From positions 66,712,001 through 66,776,000 of the forward strand of contig OX597833.1 in the NCBI GenBank assembly GCA_951406725.2: DNA of 64,000 nt, read 5' to 3'. Each line of letters opens with the position of its first letter. Position 1 is the stretch's first letter. The notes beneath the pieces are model-generated. The model was not told the DNA's origin, made no database searches, and saw only the letters and a program-made list of their open reading frames with translations. A program made the position numbers and the translations under genes. The DNA comes from Octopus vulgaris (Eukaryota). Positions 13,917 through 27,590 of this stretch are shown here, one piece after another.

Positions 13917-13927
13917 ATATATATATA

Positions 13928-14038
<111 letters not shown>

Positions 14039-14089
14039 AGAAAGACAGAGAGAAAGAGAGAGAAGGAGAAAGAAAAGGAGAGAAGTAAT

Positions 14090-14265
14090 GTTTATCGCCA
14101 ATCCAACATGGCTGTTCTTTGGGAACCGACCTTATTACCATTTTAACCCCCAAGAGGACGCCTTCCCCAACTGGTTACTGCAGCTAGCTGGAGGAGGCCT
14201 CCTCATGAGATTGGAACAGTAGTCACTTCGATTCCTACTCAACAACTACAATGAGTTGGCAATAA
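14090..14265 (-). repeat. Diverged relative of the hammerhead-containing element at 51795-52178
   Basis: GCCAATCCAACATGGCT...TTTTAACCCCCAAGAGGAC...CCAACTGG matches GCCATTTCAATATGGCT...TTTTAGCCCCAGGAGGAC...CCAGCTGG. Confidence 0.5.
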
Positions 14266-14327
14266 ATGTTACTTTTCAGCATAGGTATTGCTTTCATCTC
14301 TTATAGAGTTTTCTTACTAATTTGCCA

Positions 14328-14812
<485 letters not shown>

Positions 14813-15234
14813 TATATATATATATATATATATATTTGCTACATTCTCTGTGCGTGTTGACATATATTGAGAGATGCATGCTTCGGTTGGGAGAGTTTTA
14901 ACTCTTCTTTCTAGCAAACAGGTGTATATTGTTCCCTCCCTTTTAATATATATTTTAGATGTATGGATTATGTCTGCTAGCCAGTTTAATATTATTTTTA
15001 TAGAAAACGGTAACTTATTTGAACTTTAAATTTATACTTGCTCAGGAGGAATTTCAACCGTGTTTTGTGGTCTGCTACCACCACATCAGCCTTAGAGACC
15101 AAATTCGCTGTGATTTCGGCGCGTCTAAAATCCGAAAACTTTAAGTTACATTATACAACGCAACCAGATACATCGGTGGCGTGCATTAAATCTCTGAAAT
15201 GATGCATACAAACAACAAAAATTAATGATTCGTT

Positions 15235-15840
15235 TACACACCAGCCCCCAGGAATGCATCTGATATTTAAATTGGTATATCCAATAACTTAACACTGCCG
15301 GAAGCAGGCAAGATTTGAACCCGGAACCTAAAAGATTTCAACGAATATCATAACGCATATTTCTCTGCCGCTCTTACGATTCTGTTGTTTGACCGCCTTT
15401 TCTCGTCCAGATACTGGTTGTTTCTGATTTAGACAGAAGACCAATAATTTTGACAGTAGAGAGGGAAAGTCTAGTCAAGAACCCCAGTTAATTACAGGTG
15501 CTTAATATTATCGACCCTCCAGAGATGAAAGACAACAGTTTCGGCAGAAATTGAACGATCACGGTAATGAACCGGGACAAATAAAGTATTGCATACTTTC
15601 CACGCTCTTACGACTCTGGCACCTTACCATCTAACATTATTATCTGGACTGGCATGGGTGGATTGGCATTCATGCTCGTTCAGATATTGACATCTGATTT
15701 AGGCACAGACCCATTAATTTTAGCAGAGGGTGTTTCTTGATACAGTACAAAATAAGCCCCTAAATTTATCGATCCTAGAAGAGTTAAAGATATAAATAAT
15801 ATCGTTGGTATTTGATCGCAAAACGTAATGTACCGTAACA
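15235..15840 (-). mobile_element. Old degraded SINE family C copies
   Basis: ATCGACCCTCCAGAGATGAAAG...TCGGCAGAAATTGAAC and ACGATTCTG motifs. Confidence 0.55.
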
Positions 15841-16615
15841 AATGGAGTAATGCCTGCAATCCATCCATGCCAGTCCAGATAATAATGTTAGATAATGCCT
15901 ATAATGTTTTGATAGGTATCGTATTTAAACACTTCCGTGGTTGTATGTTTTTTTGTTTGTTCTGATGTTAAAAAGATTCAGAATAAACATATTTTTTTCA
16001 AGAAATATAAACGAAAGACATGTATACGTGACGTATTCAAAATTCAATGGAAATGACAATATAAAATGCGAATGAAAAATTTTAGCTGCCATTGAAAATG
16101 ATGCCATAAAATTATAAATTCCCTTTTCTTGGTTACGCAAGAGAAAAAAAAAAAACACAGTAATATATTATCAACACAAAAAATAATATATTATCTACGC
16201 AAAAATATATTTAATGCGTGCGAAGCCTCTTTCGCAAAAAAAGAAAAAAAAAAAAAATCTCACTGACGGGAAGTTTCGGAATTTTGCATTGTAAATAGAT
16301 ATTATTATGTGGTATATGTTTTATGAACGTGCATATTTACTCTGTGTTGAAATCCATGCTGCTGGCAATGTGTGTGTGTGTGTGTGTGTGTGTGTGTCTG
16401 TGTGTGTGTGTGTAGGTGTTTGAGGGTATTTCGCGTATTGTTGTTTCGACTTTTACTTGTCTTCGTCTTAGATATTTATGTGTAAGATATCTTATATTAT
16501 TTTCATGGGCACCACTTTCTTAAGAGAATTTTAACACTGACATATTCCGAGATGAGATGATTCTTTCTTTAATTTATTTATATGATGATGAATAAATATA
16601 TTTAAGTAATATACG

Positions 16616-16720
<105 letters not shown>

Positions 16721-16991
16721 TTGTGTGTCTGTGTATAATGTATACACACATATATACATATGAACATACATATAAACACACACATATATATATATATATA
16801 TAATCATGTATATGTATATACGTATCTATACATCCATTTCAATACATATGCATAACATTCATACATATACATGTATTCAACCCTACACCTATAATTATAT
16901 TTGTGTATGTATATGTGGGTGCATATATATATGTGTATAAATGTGTGTGTGTAAATATATGTACATATATACATACACACACACACACACT

Positions 16992-17042
<51 letters not shown>

Positions 17043-17512
17043 GTGTATATACATGGTTGTGTCGGTGTATGAGTGTATGAGTAATAGAGAAGTCTATTTA
17101 TGTGAATGTGTACGAAATAGCAGACGTCAGTGTTGAAAAATATCCACAACTAATTTCTTTAGATACGAAAAAATAATAATGGCGATAGATAGAAAAACTT
17201 AACGTTAAAATCCCTTTCTACAATTATTGACGAAAACATAAATCCGAACAACAAAAGGACTTCCGGCAACCATTTTGTTTCACAAAAGGAACACCAGTGT
17301 TTTTTCTCTTTAATAGTTCAATAACGGTTCGAAATTCAGTGAACTGTCAGTGACTCGTTGGAAACCAATAAAAAAAAAACATCGTTATTGCTATGAATTA
17401 TGGGATACAAAATGAATGAATATATACAAAAATAAAACTAAAAACTAGAAAAGAAGCTAACGTCAAATTAAACAAGGAAGATCATATATTCATACACAAA
17501 GAGAAATTGTGC

Positions 17513-17553
<41 letters not shown>

Positions 17554-17556
17554 CAC

Positions 17557-17613
<57 letters not shown>

Positions 17614-17653
17614 AATGTGTGTGTGTGTGTGTGTGTAAATGTGTGTGTATGTG

Positions 17654-17687
<34 letters not shown>

Positions 17688-18300
17688 CAAAGACACACAC
17701 ATTTACACACGCTCACACATACATACACAGCCGCATATCTATATATCAATTAAGATTCCTGGCCCAAAAATTGCCGAACATTTAAAACTTCCTTCGTTTG
17801 GTATATATGTGCGTGGTGTTCGATTATAAATGAATTTAAAAATACACATTAAGTAGAGGACGTCACCAACGAGCGAAAAACCCGTAAACACACGAGAGAT
17901 AAGTACAGGACAAAATAGCAAAAAAATCCGCCATAAGAACAGGACAAAAACAACGAATGAAAAATACGTAAACACGTAACGAGAGACAAATACGGGAGAA
18001 AATACCAAAAGAAGTCGAACTCCTCCTCAGGTGCCGACTGTTTATTTCTCCCTATTTCGAGCTTTCAACGACAAGGTAGGAAGACTTCGTAATACATCAA
18101 CATCCAGAAATTTAAAAAATATAAAAATGGGGAGAGTTAGGGATTCGAACCAACAACAGAGGGGGCGTACAGAGTAAACAATCGACGAGGACAAAGATTA
18201 AGGGTCGTTATGCCAAGACGCATTGTATCTATCATATGACAGTTCCAATGGAGATATACTTTTGTCACCGGGGATATTATAAGAAAATATCAGATATATA

Positions 18301-18728
18301 GGCGCAGGAATGGCTGTGTGGTAAGTAGCTGGCTTACCAATCATATGGTTCCGGGTTCAGTCCCACTGCGTGGCACTTTGGGCAAGTGTCTTCCAATATA
18401 GCCTCGGGCCGACCAAAGCCTTGTGAGTGGATTTGGCAGACGGAAACTGAAAGAAGCCTGTCGTACATATGTATATATATGTATATATATATATATATGT
18501 GTGAGTGTGTCTGTGTGTCTATGTTTGTCCCCCCAACATCGCTTGACAACCGATGCTGGTGTGTTTACGTCCCCTTCACTTAGCGGTTCGGCAAAACGAA
18601 CCGATAGAATAAGTACTAGGCTTACAAAGAATATGTCCTGGGGTCAATTTGCTCGACTAAAGGCGGTGCTCCAGCATGGCCGCAGTCAAATGGCTGAAAC
18701 ATGTAAAGGAGTAAAAAAAGTAAAAGAA
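18301..18728 (+). mobile_element. SINE family A, full length
   Basis: GGCGCAGGAATGGCTGTGTGG head, B box GGTTCAGTCCC, full tail. Confidence 0.92.
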
Positions 18729-19085
18729 TATACAATAATTTTAATTTAATTTAATTTTTACCAGGGTACTTGGTTTTTATACAAAAAATTAAAAACATAA
18801 AAACTAAGTTTGAAAAACAAAAATATTGCCTTAAAAAAAAATTAGTTTAAATATTTCAAATTCCAATGTCCTCATCTGGTATAACACCGTCCTTAACTAC
18901 ACTGTTAGTTACTCATTTTCCTCCTGCTGCCACCAAGCCTAGTATGTGCGTTCATCCTACACCGCTTGTTTTCACTTCTCCAAATACCACTTTGTAGGTT
19001 CTCTTATTTCTCTCTGCAGTTTGTTTAGCAGGTCGAGATAAATAAACCAACCGATGAACCAAGCATCGAATACTTATATCTATTA

Positions 19086-19483
19086 CTAGCAGTATCGCCC
19101 GGCGTTGCTCGGGTTTGTAAGGGAAATAACTATATAAGCATTTTTAGAGAGTTATAGCCAAAAAATAGCAAAAAAAATGCATTAAAAATGGAAAAAAAAT
19201 GTTGGTAAATTTTTAAAAAAATTGTTGACTCATCGTAGACATTTTTAGAGAGTTACTTCCCTTATGTAATAGCGAAACAATGCATTAAAATGGAAAAAAA
19301 TGATGGTAATTTTTTTTTTAATCGTAGACTCATCGTAGACGCGCGCTAATACCCAGAAGGGCTCGATATGAATCACGACTATAAGATACCCGGTTTTGGT
19401 TACACTGCACCGCAAAATGTGGGAGTAGTTAGGAATCTAAATCGTAGGAGACAGACACACAACTTGACTTTTATATATAAAGA
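19086..19483 (-). mobile_element. Non-autonomous Helitron
   Basis: Minus strand begins A|TCTTTATATATAAAAG and ends with hairpin CCCGAGCAACGCCGGG then CTAG|T; contains a ~100-bp internal tandem duplication. Confidence 0.85.
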
Positions 19484-19489
19484 TGATTA

Positions 19490-20322
19490 GAGAGAGAGAG
19501 AGACAGGGAGAGAGAGAAGGAGAGAGAGACAGAGACAGAGTAACAGGGAGAGATAGAGAGACAGACAGAAGATGAAGCCACAGAGAGAGATAGAGAGACA
19601 GAGACAGAAGATGAAGACAGAGAGAGAGAGAGACAGAGACAGAAGATGAAGACAGAGAGAGAGAGAGGGATAGAGAAAGACAGAGACAGAAGAAGAAGAA
19701 AGAGAGAGAGAGACAGACAGACAGAAGATGAAGATACAGAGAGAGAGAGAGAGATAGACAGAAACAGACAATGAAGACAGAGAGAGGAGACAGACAGACA
19801 GACAGAAGATGAAGACAGAGAGAGAGAGATAGAGAGAGACAGAGACAGAAGATGAAGACAGAGAGAGAGACAGGTAGACAGACAGAAGATGAAGACAGAG
19901 AGAGAGAGAGATAGACAGAGACAGAAGATGAAGACAGAGAGAGGAGAGAGAGACAGACAGACAGAAGATGAAGACAGAGAGAGAGAGATAGAGAGAGACA
20001 GAGACAGAAGATGAAGACAGAGAGAGAGAGACAGGTAGACAGACAGAAGATGAAGACAGAGAGAGAGAGATAGACAGAGACAGAAGATGAAGACAGAGAG
20101 AGGAGAGAGAGAGACAGACAGAATATGAAGACAGAGAGAGAGATAGAGAGAGAGACAGAGACAGAAGATGAAGACAGAGAGAGAGACAGGTAGACAGACA
20201 GAAGATGAAGACAGAGAGAGAGAGAGATAGACAGAGACAGAAGATGAAGACAGAGAGAGGAGAGAGAGAGACAGACAGAAGATGAAGACAGAGAGAGGAG
20301 AGAGACAGAGAGAGAACGATGA
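19490..20322. repeat. GA-rich minisatellite built on the ACAGAAGATGAAGACAGAGAG motif
   Basis: Motif recurs about 20 times with variable (GA)n spacers. Confidence 0.92.
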
Positions 20323-20584
20323 AGGCGCCGATCTGGCTGAATCGTTCGCACGATGGACGAAATGTGTCCAAAGGCCTGTTGAAGTGTTGTCGGTAATGTT
20401 CAGCATTCTATAAAAAAGGAAAAGAAGCCATTTGAACATGTTAATTAAATTTTTTATCGTAATGATTTACATTGTTTTGATGGAACAATACTTTATAAAT
20501 TTCGACACAACAGAATACTGCAATTTATTTTCATTAATTGATTTGTTTTTTCGTATATTTAACTTCTGTAAAAAAAGTTTTATA

Positions 20585-21181
20585 GAGAGTGTTCAAAAAG
20601 TCTCTCCGCAGTGAATTAGTTTTCATCCTGCGCATCAAAATGTTTTCAGTGAAAGGATTATTTCGAAGAGACTTTGGCCACCAAGATCCCCTGATTAAAT
20701 ATCGTCAGACTGTTTTTTTTATCTGAGGAGCAAGTAAATGAGCAGACAGACAGACGTGCAGGCAGGCAGATAGACAGACAGAGATAGATAGATAGATAGA
20801 TAGATAGATAAAGTTTCTTTCTTTTCTACTCTAGGAAGAAGGTCCGAAATTTCTGGGGAGGTGGACAGTCGATTAGACCGACCCCAGTACGCAACAACTA
20901 CTTAATTTATCGACCCCGAAAGGATGAAAGGCAAAGTCGCCCTCAGCAGAATTTGAACTCAGAACGTAAAAACAGACGAAATACCTATTTCTTTACTACC
21001 CACAGAGAGGACAAACAAGGACAGACAAGCGGATTAAGTCGATTATATCGGCCCCAGTGCGTAACTGGTACTTATTTAATCGACCCTGAAATGACGAAAG
21101 GCAAAGTCGACCTCGGCGGAATTTGACACCAGGACGAAAACAATTAAATACTTACTGCCGAGAGACTTTGTGAACACCCTG
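20585..21181 (+). mobile_element. Internally deleted Tc1/mariner-superfamily element with a nested SINE
   Basis: Terminal inverted repeats (TIRs) TA|GAGAGTGTTCAAAAAGTCTCTCCGCAGT and ACTGCCGAGAGACTTTGTGAACACCCTG|TA; remnant QNVFSERIISKRLWPPRSPD* at ~20636-20700. Confidence 0.8.
20812..21126 (-). mobile_element. SINE family C dimer (Nin/Deu-like central domain)
   Basis: Reverse complement of GACTTTGCCTTTCATCCTTTCGGGGTCGATAAATTAAGTA in two tandem units. Confidence 0.88.
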
Positions 21182-21584
21182 TATAATAAAATTTAGTGAA
21201 GAAAATTTTGAAAAATAGGGGTTAGTTCTGCCGATTCCTGTCTAACTTAAAGTAGAGTTAGTTGAAGCAGTTTTCTCGGAAAGTACTCTAGGTGTAGGGC
21301 TTCAAATCTTCGAATTAGATAAAGTGAGAAAGTTTTAAGAAGGGAAAAAGCGTGTGGCATAGTGTTTAGTGTGTTGTGGTTTCGGCTTCCGTTCAGGGCG
21401 GTGTATTGTGCGTTCTTGAGCAGGGAGTAAATAGCAAACAAATCTATAAACAACAGCGTGTAAACACTAGGTTAAAAACTATTTGGATAGAAAGAGCCAA
21501 ATTCATTCATGGCTTTGTGATTCACTGTTCCCCAAAGAATAATTTCATGTTCCCAATGTATATAAGTTCCTGGAAAAGCTAAAA

Positions 21585-21851
21585 TAATTCTTTCTACTAG
21601 AAGTACAAGGCCTCAAATTTGGGGGAAGGGGTTAAGTCGATTACATCGATCCAGTGCATATCTGGTACTTATTTAGTCGACCCTGAAAGGCAAAGTGGAC
21701 CTCATCGGAATTTGAACTCAGAACGTAGCGGCAGACGAAATACCTATTTCTTTAGTACCCACAAGGGGCTAGACACAGAGAGGACAAAGAAGAACAGACA
21801 AACGGATTAAGTCGATTATATCGACCCCAGTGCAAAACTGGTACTTAATTT
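21585..21851 (-). mobile_element. SINE family C partial dimer
   Basis: Same motifs; abuts the oppositely oriented copy. Confidence 0.85.
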
Positions 21852-21852
21852 A

Positions 21853-22200
21853 CGTCTGCCGTTAAGTTCTGGGGTCAAATTCCGTTGGGGTCGACTTTGC
21901 CTTTCGTCATTTCGGGGTCGATTAAATAAGGACCAGTTACGCACTGGGGTCGATATAATCGACTTAATCCGCTTGTCTGTCCTTGTTTGTCCTCTCTGTG
22001 TTTAGCCCCTTGTAGGTAGTAAAGAAATAGGTATTTCGTCTGTCGCTGCGTTCTGAGTTCAAATTCCGCTGAGGGCGACTTTGCCTTTCATCCTTTCGGG
22101 GTCGATAAATTAAGTACTTGTTGCGTACGGGGGTCAATCTAATAGACTCCTCCCTCCCCCAATATTTCGGACATTCTTCCTAGAGTAGAAAAGAAAGAAA
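21853..22200 (+). mobile_element. SINE family C dimer
   Basis: Two tandem units joined at AAAGAAATAG|GTATTTCG. Confidence 0.88.
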
Positions 22201-22210
22201 CTATCTATCT

Positions 22211-22713
22211 ACGTGCAAGGATGGCACGTATGAATGACGAAGCCACCTTGAGCATAATCCTATGAACCCAGAAATTGAAAACAGAGGGTTACCCACTTGT
22301 AAACAAATTTGGTAGCATATAACAATATTGACCAAGGTTACCGGGGTCTTTTTCGTAGGCTTTTCTTCCCACGGATAAACCTTACTTGCTTTCCCCTTTA
22401 CACCATACATCATGACACTGTGATACACGATCCCTATTGATCGTTTTTTTCCTCTCCCCCTTTTTTCCTCTTTTTTTCTTCTTTTTTCATTTTTCTTTTC
22501 TTTTTTTCCCTGTTTTCTTTTTTTTCTTTTCCTTTTTTTCTTCTTTTTTTCTTTTTTCTTTTCCTTTTTTTCTTTCTTTTTTTTGTTCTTTTTTCCCTTT
22601 TACGATCCCTTTTGATCGAAAACCTACGCCACCTTTTTTTTTTTCCCCAAAAGAAAAGCTCTACCTTGTAATTTGTCCCATCTGTGTGCAGCCCTGTGTG
22701 GCCAATAAAGAAA
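22211..22713 (+). mobile_element. Probable 3' end of a non-LTR retrotransposon (L1/Tx1-like) inserted in (TATC)n
   Basis: Short terminal frame RARMARMNDEATLSIIL*, pyrimidine-rich 3' UTR, terminal GCCCTGTGTGGCCAATAAAGAAA, TATC repeats on both sides; the clade call is inference. Confidence 0.5.
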
Positions 22714-23123
22714 CTTATCTATCTATCCATCTATCTATCTATTTGTATATTTACTCTAATCAACATTTAATACATATGCCATATTTGTCGAAGAGTGCCG
22801 TGGTTGGAAAATTGAAAATCTTTCATTCTAAATATGTAGATTATTACGCAAAAAAAATTTGTAGCTACCAGAAAATTCTCTCTCTCTCTCTCGCTCTCTC
22901 TCTCTCTCTGCATTCTGGTGACTGTGTTTTGTTTTGCACGTTGATATAACGCTATTTCTCATCCATATCTTACATATTAATATGTAAATCATCTTGTTTT
23001 TATGTACCTCTTTCGAAAATGAATTTTAACACTGACAACTTTAGAAACGTTTCTTATATTACTGCATTCAAAATATGATTAATGATTTTAACGAATATAT
23101 AACATATTCATATATAAATACAT

Positions 23124-23162
<39 letters not shown>

Positions 23163-23318
23163 CACATCACAATCACAAACTTAAATACATATTTGCACAT
23201 ACACGTATGTATGAGTGCTTGTAGACACACCCATCCAGACACATTCAACACCTCACGCATACACACACATACATGCATTTACATATATAGGGATACATAT
23301 ATTTTCATATATACTCAC

Positions 23319-23401
<83 letters not shown>

Positions 23402-23407
23402 CATCCA

Positions 23408-23501
<94 letters not shown>

Positions 23502-23503
23502 CA

Positions 23504-23546
<43 letters not shown>

Positions 23547-23660
23547 GACTGTCTCTCCTCTTCCTCTTCCCTTTCTCTATCTCTGGCACTGTCTTACTCC
23601 CCCTTCTCTCTCTGTCTCTCTGTATATATATATATATATATGTAAATATATATGTATATG

Positions 23661-23717
<57 letters not shown>

Positions 23718-23953
23718 GCAAACACCTACACACGCCCACACAAAAAAAGGGGGCGCACAAACAGAGATAGAAATATTTTAATGCTAAATATTTAATGCAT
23801 TGTACATTAATGTTTTAACTCCAAACCTAAATCAATATACAGGAACAGAACTGATATTAACGGATTACGATAATTTTTTTATAAGCACAAACACATATAA
23901 TCATTAAAATGTATATAAAATATATATACTGTACGCATTTGTATATATGCTTT

Positions 23954-24153
<200 letters not shown>

Positions 24154-24290
24154 ATCTATGTATCTATCTATCACCACAATTATTTAAATATATCCATATA
24201 TATTTATGTACGTATATATGTATTAATGTATGTATGTATATATGTGTGTACGTGTGTATGTGTGTCTATGGGTAATGGGTATATATATAT

Positions 24291-24434
<144 letters not shown>

Positions 24435-24448
24435 CATATATATAGATG

Positions 24449-24480
<32 letters not shown>

Positions 24481-25011
24481 CATATATATATATGTATACG
24501 TATATGTGTGTATATATATATATGTATAAATATGTATATATGTATACATATGTATACACACACACACGCAAACACTCACACACACACAAACACATATATA
24601 TCTATACTGTGTTACAGAAATAGTGGGGCATAATGAAGCGTATATGCGTATTTCAATTTACAAAATTCTGCATCACGTACAAGGTATGATCTGCAAGAAA
24701 ATTGCCTTCGGCAAGTACTCGGAGTAAGGAGTACGTGACGTGGAATATTTTCGAATTAAAATGTGCGTACTAATATATTCTTCTGCATTTAAGAATGTTT
24801 GTGCGCCATTTTGTGTGTGGGAGTGCATACGCGTATTTGTACATACATACGTGCGTACGTGTATGCATATATTTGCATGCAAATATATGTGTTTGCAACA
24901 CTCATGTATGTATAACTAAATTATATACACTGCGTAAAATATTATTGTGAATTTGATTTTATTACTGGCTACAAATCCTCCATACCTACAACAAAGCAAC
25001 AATAAAAATAG

Positions 25012-25683
25012 TAATCCTTTCTACTAAAGTGCAAGGCCTTAAATTTTCAGGGAGGGGAATAGTCGGTTACATAGATCCCAGTGTTTCACTGGTACTTAAT
25101 TTATCGACGCCCTAAGAGATGAACGGTAAAGTCAGCCTCGCGGGAATTTGGAACTCAGGCGGGCGAAATACCTATTTCTTTACTACTCACAAGGGGCTAA
25201 ACACATAGGGGACAAACAAGGACAAACAAACGGATTAAGTCGATTACAGCGACCCCAGCGTATAACTGGTACTTAATCTATCGACCCCGAAAAGGATGAA
25301 AGGCAAAGCCGACCTCAGTGGAATTTGAACTCAGAATGTAACGGCAGACGAACTACCTATTTCTTTATTAACTACAAGGGGCTAAACATAAAGAGGACAA
25401 ACAAAGAGAGACAACCGGATTAAGTCGATTATATCGACTCCAGTGCGTAACTGGTACTTATTTAATCGACCCCGAAAGGATGAAATGCAAAGTTAACCTC
25501 GGCGGAATTTGAACTCAGAACGTAGCGGCAGACGAAATACCTATTTCTTTACTATCCACAAGGGGCTAAACACAGAGAGGACAAACAAGGACAGACAAAC
25601 GGATTAAGTCGATTACAGCGACCCCAGAGCGTAACTGGTACTTATTTAATCGACCCCGAAAGCATGATAGGCAAAGTCGACTT
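25012..25683 (-). mobile_element. SINE family C tandem array (~184-bp units, about 4)
   Basis: Junction CCTATTTC at 25171, 25356 and 25540. Confidence 0.9.
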
Positions 25684-25684
25684 T

Positions 25685-25775
<91 letters not shown>

Positions 25776-26129
25776 GTCTACAAACAAGCAAAATAAAAAA
25801 TAGAAAGAATAATGTACAGCGGGGAACACCATAGACAAAAGACGAGCATACAAGCAAACAATTTCTTTCAGTATAAAACCAAATAAAGAAGAATTCAATT
25901 CTTTGTAAGCTAATGTAATCTAGAATATTTATTATATTCTAATATAATAGAGCAGACATCCGGGCGTGTTTTCAAAATAGATGTCTCGCATTGTTTGTGA
26001 GTGTGACATTTATATTATTAGAAATTTTAAGCAGAAATATCAAACAAGTCTTAAATTTTATTTTTTTTTTTTACTTCGCATCCCAACAGCGGACTTTCTC
26101 AGCGTATCAGTGGAATAATCTCCCTTACA

Positions 26130-26157
26130 TATGTATGTGTGTGTGTGTGTGGGCATT

Positions 26158-26191
<34 letters not shown>

Positions 26192-26449
26192 TGTATGTAT
26201 GTATGTATGTATGTATGTGTGTGTGTGTATGTATGTATGTGTGTGTGTGTATATGTATGTATGTATGTATGCATGTATGTATGTCTGTATGTATGAATGT
26301 CTGTATGTATGAATGTATGTATGTATGTATGTATGTATGTATGTATGTATGTATGTATCTATGTTTATATGTATGTATGTATGTATGTATGTATATATGT
26401 GTGTATGTATATATGTATGCATGTATGGATGTATGGATGTATGTATGTA

Positions 26450-26483
<34 letters not shown>

Positions 26484-26527
26484 CGTGTATGGATGTATGT
26501 ATATACGTATGTATGTATGTATGTATG

Positions 26528-26561
<34 letters not shown>

Positions 26562-26795
26562 TGTATGTATGTATGTATGTATGTATGTATGTATGTATGT
26601 ATGTATGTATGTATGTATGTATGTATGTATGCATGTATGTATGTATGTATGTTACGTGTGTATGTATGTATGTATGTATGTATGTATGTATGTATGTATG
26701 TATGTATGTATGGATGGATGTATGTATGTATGTATGTATGTATGTATGTATGTATGTGTGTACATGTATGTATGTATGTGTGTATGTATGTGTGC
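26130..26795. repeat. (TATG)n microsatellite
   Basis: Direct inspection. Confidence 0.95.
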
Positions 26796-27013
26796 AGATT
26801 TGAATGTTTTGTTTTACGTACGTATTATCATGCATATAGTTGCATATATATACTCATATATATTTAAATGATAAACCACTAGATTATCTATAAGCGAACG
26901 TATACATGTGTGCATGAATATATGCTTGCACGTTGTTATGAATACGCACACGCACACACACACATACACACATATATACAGTATGCATATTTATTAACAC
27001 ACACACATATATA

Positions 27014-27254
27014 TAGGGTCGGTGCATAATCATTGCGGCATTTATTCAACAAAATCACTAACAATCTTTAACAAAATCATCTTAAAATGACGGCTTGACC
27101 GATTGCCAAGCAAATGGAAAGCAGTAATTGAAGTAGATGGTGAATATGCTCCGGAATAATCATTTAAAGATATTTTTGTTACATGTTGTTATTGTTTTTG
27201 CTGAATAAAAGTTTTTGGAAAAAAAAAAGCTGCAGTAATGATGCACCAACTCAA
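27014..27254 (+). mobile_element. Internally deleted mariner (MITE-sized)
   Basis: TIRs TA|TAGGGTCGGTGCATAATCATTGCGGC and GCTGCAGTAATGATGCACCAACTCAA|TA; transposase C-terminus GLDRLPSKWKAVIEVDGEYAPE*. Confidence 0.85.
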
Positions 27255-27539
27255 TATATATATATATGTATATATATTACCTTCGTAACGCGGAGTAGAT
27301 GAAACAGAGGCGGCTGAAGAAGGGGAATTTCCCTTTGTGGTTGTATGTCTTGTACTCTATTTTTTCGTTGTTTAAGAAAAAATCTCCATTTCCTTGGTTT
27401 TGTGTTTATGTTTTCGTTTCTCATTGTGTTCGACGTTTTTCTTGTGTCCTGTACCCATATATGCATGTATATATACATGTAGATGTAGGTACGTACATAT
27501 ATGTATGTATATATGCATATGTTTTATTTATTAATTTGT

Positions 27540-27590
<51 letters not shown>

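Noticed and set aside
16430-16480. Minus-strand AAGACGA-A-GAC..GTC-GAAA
   Set aside because: The CUGA core is lost and stems I and III are absent; at best an unrecoverable relic.
18015-18070. GAAA...CUGAGGA order suggesting a type II hammerhead in the 5560/17840/27280 repeat
   Set aside because: Stems I and III cannot be formed, and the core is not conserved among the three copies.
25012-25683. Regularly spaced repeats resembling a CRISPR array (also 33728-34320)
   Set aside because: Whole units repeat with no unique spacers; the context is eukaryotic and there are no cas genes.
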